Shown here: positions 9,268-17,629 of the stretch, one piece after another
Position numbering within the stretch: position 1 is the stretch's first letter
Layout: each line of letters begins with the position of its first letter
IMG/VR virus record: IMGVR_UViG_3300046488_000087
Coordinates: 1 to 31,017 of that record
Source of the DNA: a virus
Taxonomy: Duplodnaviria; Caudoviricetes
Length of the DNA: 31,017 bases
Direction: 5' to 3' (one strand)
The notes under the pieces: generated by a model
Databases searched by the model: none
Seen by the model: only the letters and a program-made list of their open reading frames with translations
Told to the model about the DNA's origin: nothing
Position numbers and translations under genes: made by a program

Positions 9268-9311
9268 GTGATACACTGACGGCAGCCTACGGGTTGCCGT
9301 GAACGTATCGC
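9268..9311 (+). promoter_or_regulatory. Long hairpin with internal loop (RNase III-like processing site), copy 1
   Basis: GTGATAC-ACTG-ACGGCAGCC-TACG-GGTTGCCGT-GAAC-GTATCGC; the flanks are shared with 9669-9711. Confidence 0.55.
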
Positions 9312-9342
9312 AGAGAGACCCGACAGGGAAAGGAGAAACAAC

Positions 9343-9669
9343 ATGAGCCGACCCGTTGACCTCAACATGGGAACCACCGAAGGGCTAAACGCCGAATGGG
9401 AAGCAATCCAACAGAAATGCGAATACACCATGAAAATGGCAGAGAACCAACAGAATGGACAAACAAAGGTACAACACCTCCACGTATGCTACGACACACG
9501 GCGCGGCTGGTTTGGCTACGTCTGGAACCTCTGGTTTGAGAACGGAAACATCGTAGCAGACGAGACCGCCGACCTGTCATTTGCAAACTGGGATGGTGAT
9601 AAAGACCCCCGCAACTACCTGAGACGTTTTCAGCCTCGTCTATCTCGTTGGACGTTAACCTCCTGCTAG
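9343..9669 (+). CDS. Early hypothetical protein (108 aa)
   Basis: AAGGAG RBS; first gene after the early promoter. Confidence 0.75.
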   Translation: MSRPVDLNMGTTEGLNAEWEAIQQKCEYTMKMAENQQNGQTKVQHLHVCYDTRRGWFGYVWNLWFENGNIVADETADLSFANWDGDKDPRNYLRRFQPRLSRWTLTSC

Positions 9670-9711
9670 ATATGCTGAAGGGAGCTGGCACACGGCTCCC
9701 TTGAACGTATC
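9669..9711 (+). promoter_or_regulatory. Long hairpin with internal loop (RNase III-like processing site), copy 2
   Basis: GATATG-CTG-AAGGGAGCTG-GCACA-CGGCTCCCTT-GAA-CGTATC. Confidence 0.55.
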
Positions 9712-9746
9712 ACGTAGAACGAGCGCAGACGCGCAAAGGAGTTGAC

Positions 9747-10013
9747 ATGACTACACTAGCCGCAACCCACCACATGACACCCAAAGGAGCCACCGCCGTT
9801 TTACTCGCATTCAATAAGCACGTTGGAGAGGCTGGCGGCATCATCATCATTGACCGACCCGAAGGACTCCAAGGACACTACACCACCAACCCCGGGAACA
9901 TGGCGGGCCGGATGGTTATGATTGACACCTTGACGCCTCTTGACCCGCCCGAACTCAACGACCCCGCCACCCTTGCTGATGCAGTTAATACCGCACTAGA
10001 CAACGCTGACTGA
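9747..10013 (+). CDS. Early hypothetical protein (88 aa)
   Basis: AAGGAG RBS. Confidence 0.7.
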   Translation: MTTLAATHHMTPKGATAVLLAFNKHVGEAGGIIIIDRPEGLQGHYTTNPGNMAGRMVMIDTLTPLDPPELNDPATLADAVNTALDNAD

Positions 10014-10076
10014 CTGCCCGACGAGCCGGAAACGGCGAAACACGGCCAACGAGACACTCCCGCGCCGTGTCGCAGT
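10013..10076 (+). ncRNA. Hammerhead ribozyme, type I topology, U4C core variant
   Basis: Stem I ACTGC/GCAGT; core CCGACGA; stem II GCCG-GAAA-CGGC; GAAA; stem III CACGGC/GCCGTG; GUC triplet with predicted cleavage after C10071. Confidence 0.85.
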
Positions 10077-10139
10077 AGGTCTCGAAACGAGACCGTCTAC
10101 CCCAGAGAGCCGAGAGGCTAGGGGTTAAAGGAGCAAGCA

Positions 10140-10577
10140 ATGAATACACTGGCCAGCGTTTGCGCACGAGACATCCAGACCGACGACCTTATGAGAGAAG
10201 GGGTATTTGCAATCCTCGGCGGAGATCATGTAGTAATGTTCAAGGACGGTTCAATGCTTCTGGACGCACACAAGGACGAAATCACCGTTACCGAAGTAAT
10301 GGCGCGTCACGGCTACACTCGCTACGCGCTTATAAATGCGGGAGCCGAAATGACCTTTTGGAATCTCCGGCACGGCCTCCCTTCCGAGTTGTTCGTTCGT
10401 GAGAACGGCAAGAGCTACCACGTTGTGATGTTCACTGGATGGGAAAGCGAGAACGGGAACCAGATGAGACAACACCCCCGCTTTCTTGAAGTCGAAGACG
10501 TTACAAAGGTAGTGCAAGCCTGCAACGAGGCGGAAGAAATCAGCGACGAAGATTTAGAGGCAGTCGAAGGCTTCTAA
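10140..10577 (+). CDS. Early hypothetical protein (145 aa)
   Basis: AAGGAG RBS; acidic C-terminus. Confidence 0.75.
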   Translation: MNTLASVCARDIQTDDLMREGVFAILGGDHVVMFKDGSMLLDAHKDEITVTEVMARHGYTRYALINAGAEMTFWNLRHGLPSELFVRENGKSYHVVMFTGWESENGNQMRQHPRFLEVEDVTKVVQACNEAEEISDEDLEAVEGF

Positions 10578-10689
10578 CCGTCTGACCTCTTCACGGCAGC
10601 CAGCCCCCAGGACTGGCCACCGCGAGCAGGCCAACAGCCTACCCTACAGACGGCAGCCGGAGCCGAGAGCCGGACAAGGAGAACAAGAC

Positions 10690-10878
10690 ATGAACAGCAC
10701 ATTGAGGGTATTCGCGCGGGATCGGTTTACCTCTGAGGTTGCGAAAGCTTGGAAGGCCGACGGCGAAGGAAACACGGTAGAAAAGCGGAGACACCTAAAA
10801 GAGGCCGACGCTATCGCCTGTTACGTTTTAGGCGCTTACTCGCTCGCTGACTTTGCCTTTGTCACTGGGGCGGCATGA
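10690..10878 (+). CDS. Early hypothetical protein (62 aa)
   Basis: AAGGAG RBS; ATGA overlap with the next ORF. Confidence 0.7.
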   Translation: MNSTLRVFARDRFTSEVAKAWKADGEGNTVEKRRHLKEADAIACYVLGAYSLADFAFVTGAA

Positions 10879-10994
10879 ACGGCGCAACACTTGAAATCTT
10901 GCAGATTGAATGGGAGAGGGCATGGATGGGTGGAGACTTTGCCACGGTGACGCGCATTGACAACGCCCGCGCGATTATAGAAGGACTGCGCTAG
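10875..10994 (+). CDS. Small hypothetical protein (39 aa)
   Basis: MNGATLEILQIEWERAW...; ATGA coupling to the previous ORF; not in the ORF track. Confidence 0.5.
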   Translation: MNGATLEILQIEWERAWMGGDFATVTRIDNARAIIEGLR

Positions 10995-11030
10995 AGGGCC
11001 GCACGGCGGCTAGGCGCATGGGAGGTTATC

Positions 11031-11204
11031 ATGTCAGACAACAACATAAGGGAAATCATTGACGCACTGAACGACGGGCTTGACCTCTGCATCGCTCTTG
11101 AAAAGGCCAACACAGAACATGTAGGAAGAATCAACGTAATCGAGGTAGAGGACGGCCTGCTGAACTCCAAGAACCTGCTGTACGACTTGCTGAATGAGAT
11201 ATAG
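11031..11204 (+). CDS. Small acidic hypothetical protein (57 aa)
   Basis: GGAGGT RBS; MSDNNIREIIDALNDG... Confidence 0.65.
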   Translation: MSDNNIREIIDALNDGLDLCIALEKANTEHVGRINVIEVEDGLLNSKNLLYDLLNEI

Positions 11205-11287
11205 GAAGCCGAAGATGAGACTATGGAGCGCACTACCCGCCCGAAGGCGGCGGGAGATCATCAACAAAATCCTTAAGGAGGTATGCG

Positions 11288-11416
11288 ATGAGTAAATCAC
11301 GGAACCGCTGGACATTCTACGACAAAATCGAAAAGGCTCCACGCTTTGGACGTAGAGCCTTTCTTAGAACCGACCGCAAGCAGTATAACCTTGAGAGGTA
11401 CGTATGGCAAGTATGA
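11288..11416 (+). CDS. Small basic hypothetical protein (42 aa)
   Basis: AAGGAGGT RBS; MSKSRNRWTFYDK... Confidence 0.55.
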   Translation: MSKSRNRWTFYDKIEKAPRFGRRAFLRTDRKQYNLERYVWQV

Positions 11417-11514
11417 CACTCCCGCCGGTTGTGTGCCCGTGGCAGGGGTACGAGGAATGCAAAAACTGCGGACTGTACGGAGCTTGTTTCCCCTTAGAGG
11501 TGAAGCATGACTGA
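11404..11514 (+). CDS. Small Cys-rich protein (36 aa)
   Basis: GAGGT RBS; C-x7-C-x2-C-x5-C pattern. Confidence 0.45.
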   Translation: MASMTLPPVVCPWQGYEECKNCGLYGACFPLEVKHD

Positions 11515-11638
11515 CCGAGAGAACATTGAGTGGATTATCGACCGCATAGCCACAATGGTCAAACAGATGGAGGCGATGCAGGAAGTACTCTCAGCTATGA
11601 CTAGCTGGATGGCCGCACAGCGTGAGGCGAAGCCATGA
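11507..11638 (+). CDS. Small hypothetical protein (43 aa)
   Basis: GAGGTG RBS; ATGA overlap with the next ORF. Confidence 0.55.
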   Translation: MTDRENIEWIIDRIATMVKQMEAMQEVLSAMTSWMAAQREAKP

Positions 11639-11820
11639 GCGAACGCCTTGAGCAGGTAATGGGCGTCGTCGCGCAATACGCCCCGCCCGAAGTCGTCCAC
11701 GACCTTGAAAAGAGAATCAGAGACATCATGCAGACAGAAAAAGACGAAGCAACGCACTCTTTCCGTGAGGGCCTGTACGAATACCTCTATAGCAACGGCT
11801 CACTGGCGAGGCCTTACTAA
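11635..11820 (+). CDS. Hypothetical protein (61 aa)
   Basis: Translationally coupled at both ends. Confidence 0.65.
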   Translation: MSERLEQVMGVVAQYAPPEVVHDLEKRIRDIMQTEKDEATHSFREGLYEYLYSNGSLARPY

Positions 11821-12137
11821 TGCAGGCGCGTAGTATCTGCGAGTTTGCTTGTGCAGTGCAAGCCAGTGACCAGTGCACACCCGACTGGGTAGGGGAACAC
11901 TGCAAGGACGCTGACCTCTACAACCGTGCAAGGACACGTGCAGGAGAGTTGCCCTTGCACGTTGGATGGGACAGGCTGTGTGTCGAGATTGAACACAGTA
12001 GGCACTTCCTCTTTGACGAGCTGCCTGATATTTGTAAAATGGGAATATGGAATGACAACGCCGCCGCTCTCGCGGATTACGCCAAGCGGATAAATGAGCC
12101 GGAACTGCCCGCGCAAGTGGCGCGGCTCTGGAACTAG
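11820..12137 (+). CDS. Hypothetical protein (105 aa, Cys-rich N-terminus)
   Basis: TAATG overlap with the previous ORF. Confidence 0.65.
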   Translation: MQARSICEFACAVQASDQCTPDWVGEHCKDADLYNRARTRAGELPLHVGWDRLCVEIEHSRHFLFDELPDICKMGIWNDNAAALADYAKRINEPELPAQVARLWN

Positions 12138-12148
12138 GGAGGCATGAG

Positions 12149-12253
12149 ATGGGGTGGATATGGAATGCCGCTATTTGGTTTGTGATTGGTGCTGCTGCTT
12201 ATTTTGTGTTTGCCATTATTCGTGAGCTTTTCCGACGGGCAAAGGAAAACTAG
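12149..12253 (+). CDS. Small single-pass membrane protein (34 aa)
   Basis: GGAGG RBS; MGWIWNAAIWFVIGAAAYFVFAIIRELFRRAKEN, a hydrophobic helix plus basic tail. Confidence 0.55.
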   Translation: MGWIWNAAIWFVIGAAAYFVFAIIRELFRRAKEN

Positions 12254-12262
12254 TGGGCAAAG

Positions 12263-12451
12263 ATGGAACAAGCCCCAGGTATTGATCTATTTTCAGTTTG
12301 CCTCGTTCTCTTCCTTCTCGTCATGGCTTTCTTGAACGGAGCCATCCTTATCCTGACCCTCGCCGAAAAGTGGAGGGCACGCCGCTGGAGGATTAAAAAG
12401 GCCAAAGAAGACGCGAAGCTCTTTCTACTAGCGGGCCACAGGGTAAAATAA
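12263..12451 (+). CDS. Small membrane protein (62 aa)
   Basis: Long hydrophobic segment followed by a very basic tail. Confidence 0.55.
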   Translation: MEQAPGIDLFSVCLVLFLLVMAFLNGAILILTLAEKWRARRWRIKKAKEDAKLFLLAGHRVK

Positions 12452-12962
12452 AGCAGCAGGAAGGGAAAAAGGAAAGCACTCCCTTTCCCCCCCTTGACAA
12501 TCCCCTCTATACCTACGAAAGGAAAAAGGGAAGAAAAGACCCTCTCTAAGAGAGAAGCTAAGAGAGAAGTTTTTTCTGTTGTCCTTTCTTTGTTCCCATT
12601 TTTGTAGACAGGGTATGAAAATGTCTTTACCTTGAAAACGCTCGGAAGAGCGAAACCCCTGATGGTTAGTAACTAAGAAACCTTTCCACTGGAATGTAGC
12701 ACCGAAAAGACAAAGCCTTCTGTGGGCATATCAATCTACGTTGATATGTCATTTTAGGCACATCCTATGCCCGCCACTGATATTTCGGAAAATTTGGTAC
12801 GTTTCTATATCTTTGCCCATTTACCCCTCAAAATTAGCCCGCCCGACGGTCAGACGGGCATACCTTTGGCTCGGTTCACTTCCACCGTCAAAATAGGACA
12901 AGGTAGTATAGGGTTTCCTCAGACCCTTCACTAAGGGTTCACGATTTCCTTACTATATGGGC

Positions 12963-12990
12963 TTGCGGAAAACACGGAAGTACGCATACT
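12963..12990 (+). promoter_or_regulatory. Sigma70-type promoter for the replication block
   Basis: TTGCGG, 16-nt spacer, CATACT, ahead of AAGGAGG and ATG 13033. Confidence 0.45.
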
Positions 12991-13032
12991 TGTATCATAG
13001 GGTTGTAGGTTTATTTGTTAAAGGAGGCAATT

Positions 13033-13203
13033 ATGCAGACAGTGCAGCAATATGCAGTCCTCGTCAAAGACGAAACGCTTCCAGACTACTGCAAGATTTC
13101 CCGCGAAGGCGAGCGCACGTTCCTTGTCAGCGGCATGGCGTCAGATATGGCGAGTCTTGAAAAGATGTTTGACGAAGCCGCGAGGTCGATGAAGCATGAG
13201 TGA
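13033..13203 (+). CDS. Hypothetical protein (56 aa)
   Basis: AAGGAGG RBS before ATG 13033. Confidence 0.65.
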   Translation: MQTVQQYAVLVKDETLPDYCKISREGERTFLVSGMASDMASLEKMFDEAARSMKHE

Positions 13204-13459
13204 GGAACCCATCCGCACCATTACCATCAAGGCGATGGGTGAGCTTAACCTCACCCCCGATGTCGTCGGACTCTTTCAATCCTGCGTGAAGATGAATAGC
13301 GAACACGGAAAGGAAACGGGCGACTTCTATTTTGAGAACCTGCACGTCCAATATTCTTACGCCGAGCATAAAGTAACCCACGTAAAACATGGGGGACGCA
13401 AGAAGAAGTCTGCGCGGGAATTGGAAATTGAAGATTTCAATCACTCATACCCAAATTAA
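13196..13459 (+). CDS. Hypothetical protein (87 aa)
   Basis: Overlapping operon packing. Confidence 0.65.
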   Translation: MSEEPIRTITIKAMGELNLTPDVVGLFQSCVKMNSEHGKETGDFYFENLHVQYSYAEHKVTHVKHGGRKKKSARELEIEDFNHSYPN

Positions 13460-13479
13460 GAAATTACAAAGGAGGAACC

Positions 13480-13677
13480 ATGGCGACAGTGCTGGAAACA
13501 AAGGTTGAAACAAATCAGGGAGTGCACGACCCCGCGTTTTTGAGAATCAACGCACTGATGGTGATGGGAGATCTGAAGGCCGCCCTTGCCCTCTGGAACG
13601 AAACACTCAATGAACAGTTTGAGAGCGGAATTGCCTATATGAAAGAGAACATCGGCGAAGGGCATGTGGAGAACTAA
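13480..13677 (+). CDS. Hypothetical protein (65 aa)
   Basis: AAGGAGG RBS. Confidence 0.7.
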   Translation: MATVLETKVETNQGVHDPAFLRINALMVMGDLKAALALWNETLNEQFESGIAYMKENIGEGHVEN

Positions 13678-13678
13678 A

Positions 13679-13894
13679 ATGGCCGCGATAATTAAGAAGG
13701 CACCCCTGCAGGTAATACAAACGAAGGTTGGGTACACCCCGATCTTGCGTGGAGACGATTTTGGCTCGCGCACTTTTGACGAGGACAATTCTCCTTACCT
13801 GTTCGAGACAAAAGAGGCGTGCGAGGCCGCGTATAGGGTCGGCGAAGATGCCTGTATCGCCATTGCCACCGTCACATGGGAGGAACCGGCATGA
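13679..13894 (+). CDS. Hypothetical protein (71 aa)
   Basis: GGAG RBS; ends VTWEEPA, like the related ORFs at 13891 and 17629. Confidence 0.6.
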   Translation: MAAIIKKAPLQVIQTKVGYTPILRGDDFGSRTFDEDNSPYLFETKEACEAAYRVGEDACIAIATVTWEEPA

Positions 13895-14244
13895 TAGAAA
13901 TCAATAAAACGTACACAACCCGCGCCGGTGATGTAGTCAGAAACTTGACAAGGTTAAATAACCCGACTTGGCCCATTGCCGGTATCATCGTTCATGAGAA
14001 CGGATTTGAGAGTGCCGAGACTTGGACGGAGGACGGGGCGTTTATGTACGGTTCAAAAACGGGAAGAACTGACCTCGTTCCCGTTTCCACGAAGCATGAG
14101 GGTTTTGTTTGTGTCCAAGCGGACACTGGCGAGATGCGCGGGCCTGTTTTTGCGACAGGGAAAGAGGCTGCCGATTACAATGACAAGTTCGCAGCCTATA
14201 GGCCGTTTGGCATGGTTGTTGCCCACGTCACCTGGGAGGACTAA
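13891..14244 (+). CDS. Hypothetical phage protein, YxTRxG family, paralog of 17629-17976
   Basis: KTYTTRAGDVVR...WPIAGII...TWTEDG...DLVP aligns by eye with KYQTRDGTPVR...RPVVGIV...TWNLEG...DLVP. Confidence 0.7.
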   Translation: MIEINKTYTTRAGDVVRNLTRLNNPTWPIAGIIVHENGFESAETWTEDGAFMYGSKTGRTDLVPVSTKHEGFVCVQADTGEMRGPVFATGKEAADYNDKFAAYRPFGMVVAHVTWED

Positions 14245-14384
14245 TGATCCGAGTTAAAGTCATCGACGGTAGCGGAAACGAGATAAGTTTTAACATTGAA
14301 GACGGAGCCATTGGAACTATCTGGCCGCGCATGTTCAGCAACGATGTCATTTTTGAAATCGACTATATTGGGAAGAAGGGCTGA
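14244..14384 (+). CDS. Small hypothetical protein (46 aa)
   Basis: MIRVKVIDGSGNEISF...; TAATG and TGATG overlaps at its two ends. Confidence 0.55.
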   Translation: MIRVKVIDGSGNEISFNIEDGAIGTIWPRMFSNDVIFEIDYIGKKG

Positions 14385-15433
14385 TGTTCGATAAGAAAAG
14401 ATTAGGGGGCCCACAATTCCGCGCCGTGGAAGCGTTAGAAAAACTTGGCTCCAGCCTTGAACACGCACAACAGGGCGACGGCTACGTACTTTTGAGTAAG
14501 CCCTTTCATTCCGACAGAACACCTTCCGTTGAGGTTTTCAGAGATGGGGGATATCGGGACTGGGCCGAGGACACGACGGGCTGGGAAGCGCTTGGGCTAA
14601 AATCCATTGGAACTTATCTGGACTTGGAAGAGGCCGCCGAGGGGAGGTTTCAGAAAGTCTGGAATGAACTCTCCCCGCTTTCGGAAGAAGGGAGAGCATA
14701 CCTGGAGGGCCGCAAGATTTCAACCGAGGGGTTGAAGTCGGACGGCCCCGCTGTGTGTTTTCCGTTGTGGCACGGTGACAAGATGGTGGGGATACAGCGC
14801 CGCTTCATTGATGGCAGGGTGCCAAAGAACCGGTGCTTCGCGGGGAGTGATGCAAGCGGGTTGTTCTACCCGCTACAGCGGGATGAGGGAATAGTGAACA
14901 AAAACATTATGGCTATTTGCGAGGGTGCGACCGATTCGTATACGATGGCAAGGTACAGTTTAGTCACCGGTGTGTTGTCGGCCTCCACGTTGGTGGGATT
15001 GCAGGAGGTTATCCCCTCCTCGTCCTACGAGTTTGTTCTTTGCTTTGATGCAGACAGTGCGGGGAGAGAAGCCGAACGCAAGGTCTTGGCGATGTTCCCC
15101 AACCAAAGTTTCAGTCGGTTGGTACTCGGCAAATATAAAGATGTGAACGAAATGGTGTGCCAGCGCGGGATTGAGGGAGTGTTGGCGGAAAAGATAACCC
15201 GCGACGCTACCCCCGACCTTGAGTTTATTTCGGGAAGCTTGGCACACGCCCCCGTCAATTCTGCTCTTTGGCTGGGGTTCTGGCCGCCAGACGTTCCGAA
15301 GGGAGCGCCGACCAGTTTTTCCCCGCGAGATGGGTATAGTTGGTACGTCTTTCCTCCCGATATTGACCCGCTGAAAGCGCGGGAGTGGTGCTGGACGAGG
15401 CATGTGTCCGGCTATGTGTGCAAGGAGGCATAG
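14384..15433 (+). CDS. DNA primase (TOPRIM domain)
   Basis: PFHSDRTPS (Zn-finger-like remnant), YLEGRKI, ICEGATDS, LCFDADSAG and KDVNE primase motifs. Confidence 0.85.
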   Translation: MFDKKRLGGPQFRAVEALEKLGSSLEHAQQGDGYVLLSKPFHSDRTPSVEVFRDGGYRDWAEDTTGWEALGLKSIGTYLDLEEAAEGRFQKVWNELSPLSEEGRAYLEGRKISTEGLKSDGPAVCFPLWHGDKMVGIQRRFIDGRVPKNRCFAGSDASGLFYPLQRDEGIVNKNIMAICEGATDSYTMARYSLVTGVLSASTLVGLQEVIPSSSYEFVLCFDADSAGREAERKVLAMFPNQSFSRLVLGKYKDVNEMVCQRGIEGVLAEKITRDATPDLEFISGSLAHAPVNSALWLGFWPPDVPKGAPTSFSPRDGYSWYVFPPDIDPLKAREWCWTRHVSGYVCKEA

Positions 15434-15637
15434 GTGCTCGTAGCAATCGTAGTTTTCAAGACAGAAAGCGGCGTGATTGGCGGGGACTTTGCCTATGAGG
15501 GTATTCGTTCGTGGAAAACGCAGGGAGGGTTCTTGGTTCTCACTCGCAGTCGCCATGAGCACATCATCGTACCGTGTGACGCGTTCACGTCTGCCGAGAT
15601 AAGGGTTGATAAGGATTTTGAGGAGGTGTCGCCATAA
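15434..15637 (+). CDS. Hypothetical protein (67 aa)
   Basis: AAGGAGG RBS before a GTG start. Confidence 0.6.
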   Translation: MLVAIVVFKTESGVIGGDFAYEGIRSWKTQGGFLVLTRSRHEHIIVPCDAFTSAEIRVDKDFEEVSP

Positions 15638-15764
15638 CCTACGACCAGTATAGGCAAGCAAGGGCTGAGTTTGATGCCCTTTTTGAAGTGATAGCCGAAA
15701 AGACCGATAAGGGAGTGGTTGCGAGGCTTCTTGCCCTGCATGATTTTCTAAAAGAGGCGATTTC

Positions 15765-16055
15765 GTGACCCGCGACCAGATTATCTCCGACTATCAGCTT
15801 GGCGACTTTGAGGCCGCCCGCCTTCGCCTGAATGAACTGCGGGAGACGGGGGTTTTAGAAAGTGACATGGGCTATGAAAAATTGGAGATGTTTCAGGCGC
15901 ATACGGACTTTCTGGAGACGGTTCTTCAGGAAGCAAAGATTAAGCGTTCAGAGTTAAATGGCCTCATTGAAGTCTTGGATAGCATGAGCAAACAAGCCCA
16001 TGCGCAGATTAAATACTGCTCAATCACGCTCTCACAATTACAAAAACGTCAGTAA
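15765..16055 (+). CDS. Hypothetical coiled-coil protein (96 aa)
   Basis: GAGG RBS; helical composition. Confidence 0.6.
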   Translation: MTRDQIISDYQLGDFEAARLRLNELRETGVLESDMGYEKLEMFQAHTDFLETVLQEAKIKRSELNGLIEVLDSMSKQAHAQIKYCSITLSQLQKRQ

Positions 16056-16078
16056 AAATCTGTCAATCAGGAGGCACT

Positions 16079-17050
16079 ATGCCACAAACGGAAAGCCACG
16101 TATACACGGAGGAAGATCGCGATGTTACCGCTATGATGATAGCCGACGCCATCGCCACAGGAAAGACGAGCGGAGTTTGGGAAGAAATTGCCGCCGAAAT
16201 CGGGGTCAGTAATCCCGACGCGGTAAGAAAGTATGCTCGTTCCCTTGGCCTTCCCCCCATCAGGTTGAACAAGCAGGCGCTCGAAGCCCTATGGCAACGC
16301 CCGCCTGTTCCTGACCTCGCAAGTCAGGTTCTCCACATTGAAGCGGAGAGGGTGGGCGTCAGTGGTGACAAGCACGAACCCTTTATGAACCGTGATTTAT
16401 TTTACCGCTTTCTCGACACTTGTCAAGGGTGTGACACAATTATCGACCTTGGCGACGACGGGCAGTACGACGCCTTTTCCAAGTTCGCATCCCGTTCTTC
16501 CGGCTCGGACGATCTCGCGCAGACGGTCGAGTGGATTGAGCAGGATATTGACCTTGAACTCCAGGTAGCAGAACGGGTCGTGAAAATCCCTGGCAACCAC
16601 GACTTCTTTCTCTCGCGCATTACCAACGGGGCACTCAGCCCGTGGGCCTTAATCAACACATGGGCTAAAGCCAAATACGGCGACAGGGTAGTATTCAGCC
16701 AGTTCCCCATCGCCTATCTCGCGCTCGGCAAGCAGAAGTGGGTTCTTCACCATCCCGACAGTTACCGTGTCGTTCCTGGAAGCGTAGCGCGGGAGTTTGC
16801 TGACGAGTACAGTTCTAACACGATTTGCGGGCATAGCCACGTCACCAATGAAAGCAACAGCAAGGGCGGGTATTGTGCCATTGACGTGGGCGGGCTGGTG
16901 GACGAAAGGAAGATGCCCTACAGGTACTACACCGACAAGCCCTACTGCAAGTGGGTTCCTGGGTGGGTTGTCCTCACTCCCACTAATCACAGTTTGACCA
17001 AGATTGACCCGTTGGACGGCACATACGGCACGTCGTCCATGCTGAACTAA
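16079..17050 (+). CDS. Calcineurin-like metallophosphoesterase with N-terminal HTH-like region
   Basis: Motifs GDKH, DLGD, GNHD, HH and GHSH; N-terminal WEEIAAEIGVSNPDAVRKYAR. Confidence 0.85.
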   Translation: MPQTESHVYTEEDRDVTAMMIADAIATGKTSGVWEEIAAEIGVSNPDAVRKYARSLGLPPIRLNKQALEALWQRPPVPDLASQVLHIEAERVGVSGDKHEPFMNRDLFYRFLDTCQGCDTIIDLGDDGQYDAFSKFASRSSGSDDLAQTVEWIEQDIDLELQVAERVVKIPGNHDFFLSRITNGALSPWALINTWAKAKYGDRVVFSQFPIAYLALGKQKWVLHHPDSYRVVPGSVAREFADEYSSNTICGHSHVTNESNSKGGYCAIDVGGLVDERKMPYRYYTDKPYCKWVPGWVVLTPTNHSLTKIDPLDGTYGTSSMLN

Positions 17051-17053
17051 ACG

Positions 17054-17629
17054 ATGACAGACGAACAGAAAGCAAGGTTGTCTGTGGCACTAATGGGGCA
17101 CACGGTATCGCCTGAAACCCGTAAGAAGATTTCTCTTATAAATACCGGTCGTGCCCAGTCTCCCGAACTGCGGGGGAGAAAATCCGCCACGTTGATGGGG
17201 CATACGGTGTCCACGGAGACTCGCGCAAAGATTTCTTTGGGGAATATGGGAAATACAAAATGGTTAGGTTCTCACCATTCGGCAGAAACTATTGCCAAAA
17301 TCACCGCGTGGAATCGAGGCAAAATTGTTTCTCCCGAAACGCGGGCAAGAATATCTGCTGGTCTGTGGAAGGGTGGCCAGATGATTGCCAACGGGCGACG
17401 TCGTGCCAAACGTCGCTCAATGGGGTATGTCTTTCTAAACAAATGGTTTTCCGGCTGCGACGGCCACCATGTGGACAATGAACAAATTATCAATATGCCA
17501 AGGAAATTGCACCGAGGCAAAGGAAACGGCCACAATCATTATACCGGAAGGGGTATGGCTCGAATGAATGCCATTGCATACAACTTTCTTTTCAAACAAG
17601 AGGTCGAAGCGGCCTTAGGGGTGAACTGA
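17054..17629 (+). CDS. NUMOD3-repeat HNH-like homing endonuclease
   Basis: SPETRKKIS / ETRAKIS repeats plus DGHH...LH...HN. Paralog of 3894-4460. Confidence 0.75.
   Translation: MTDEQKARLSVALMGHTVSPETRKKISLINTGRAQSPELRGRKSATLMGHTVSTETRAKISLGNMGNTKWLGSHHSAETIAKITAWNRGKIVSPETRARISAGLWKGGQMIANGRRRAKRRSMGYVFLNKWFSGCDGHHVDNEQIINMPRKLHRGKGNGHNHYTGRGMARMNAIAYNFLFKQEVEAALGVN

Noticed and set aside
12957-13160. 67-aa ORF
   Set aside because: Overlaps the promoter and the RBS-supported ORF at 13033.
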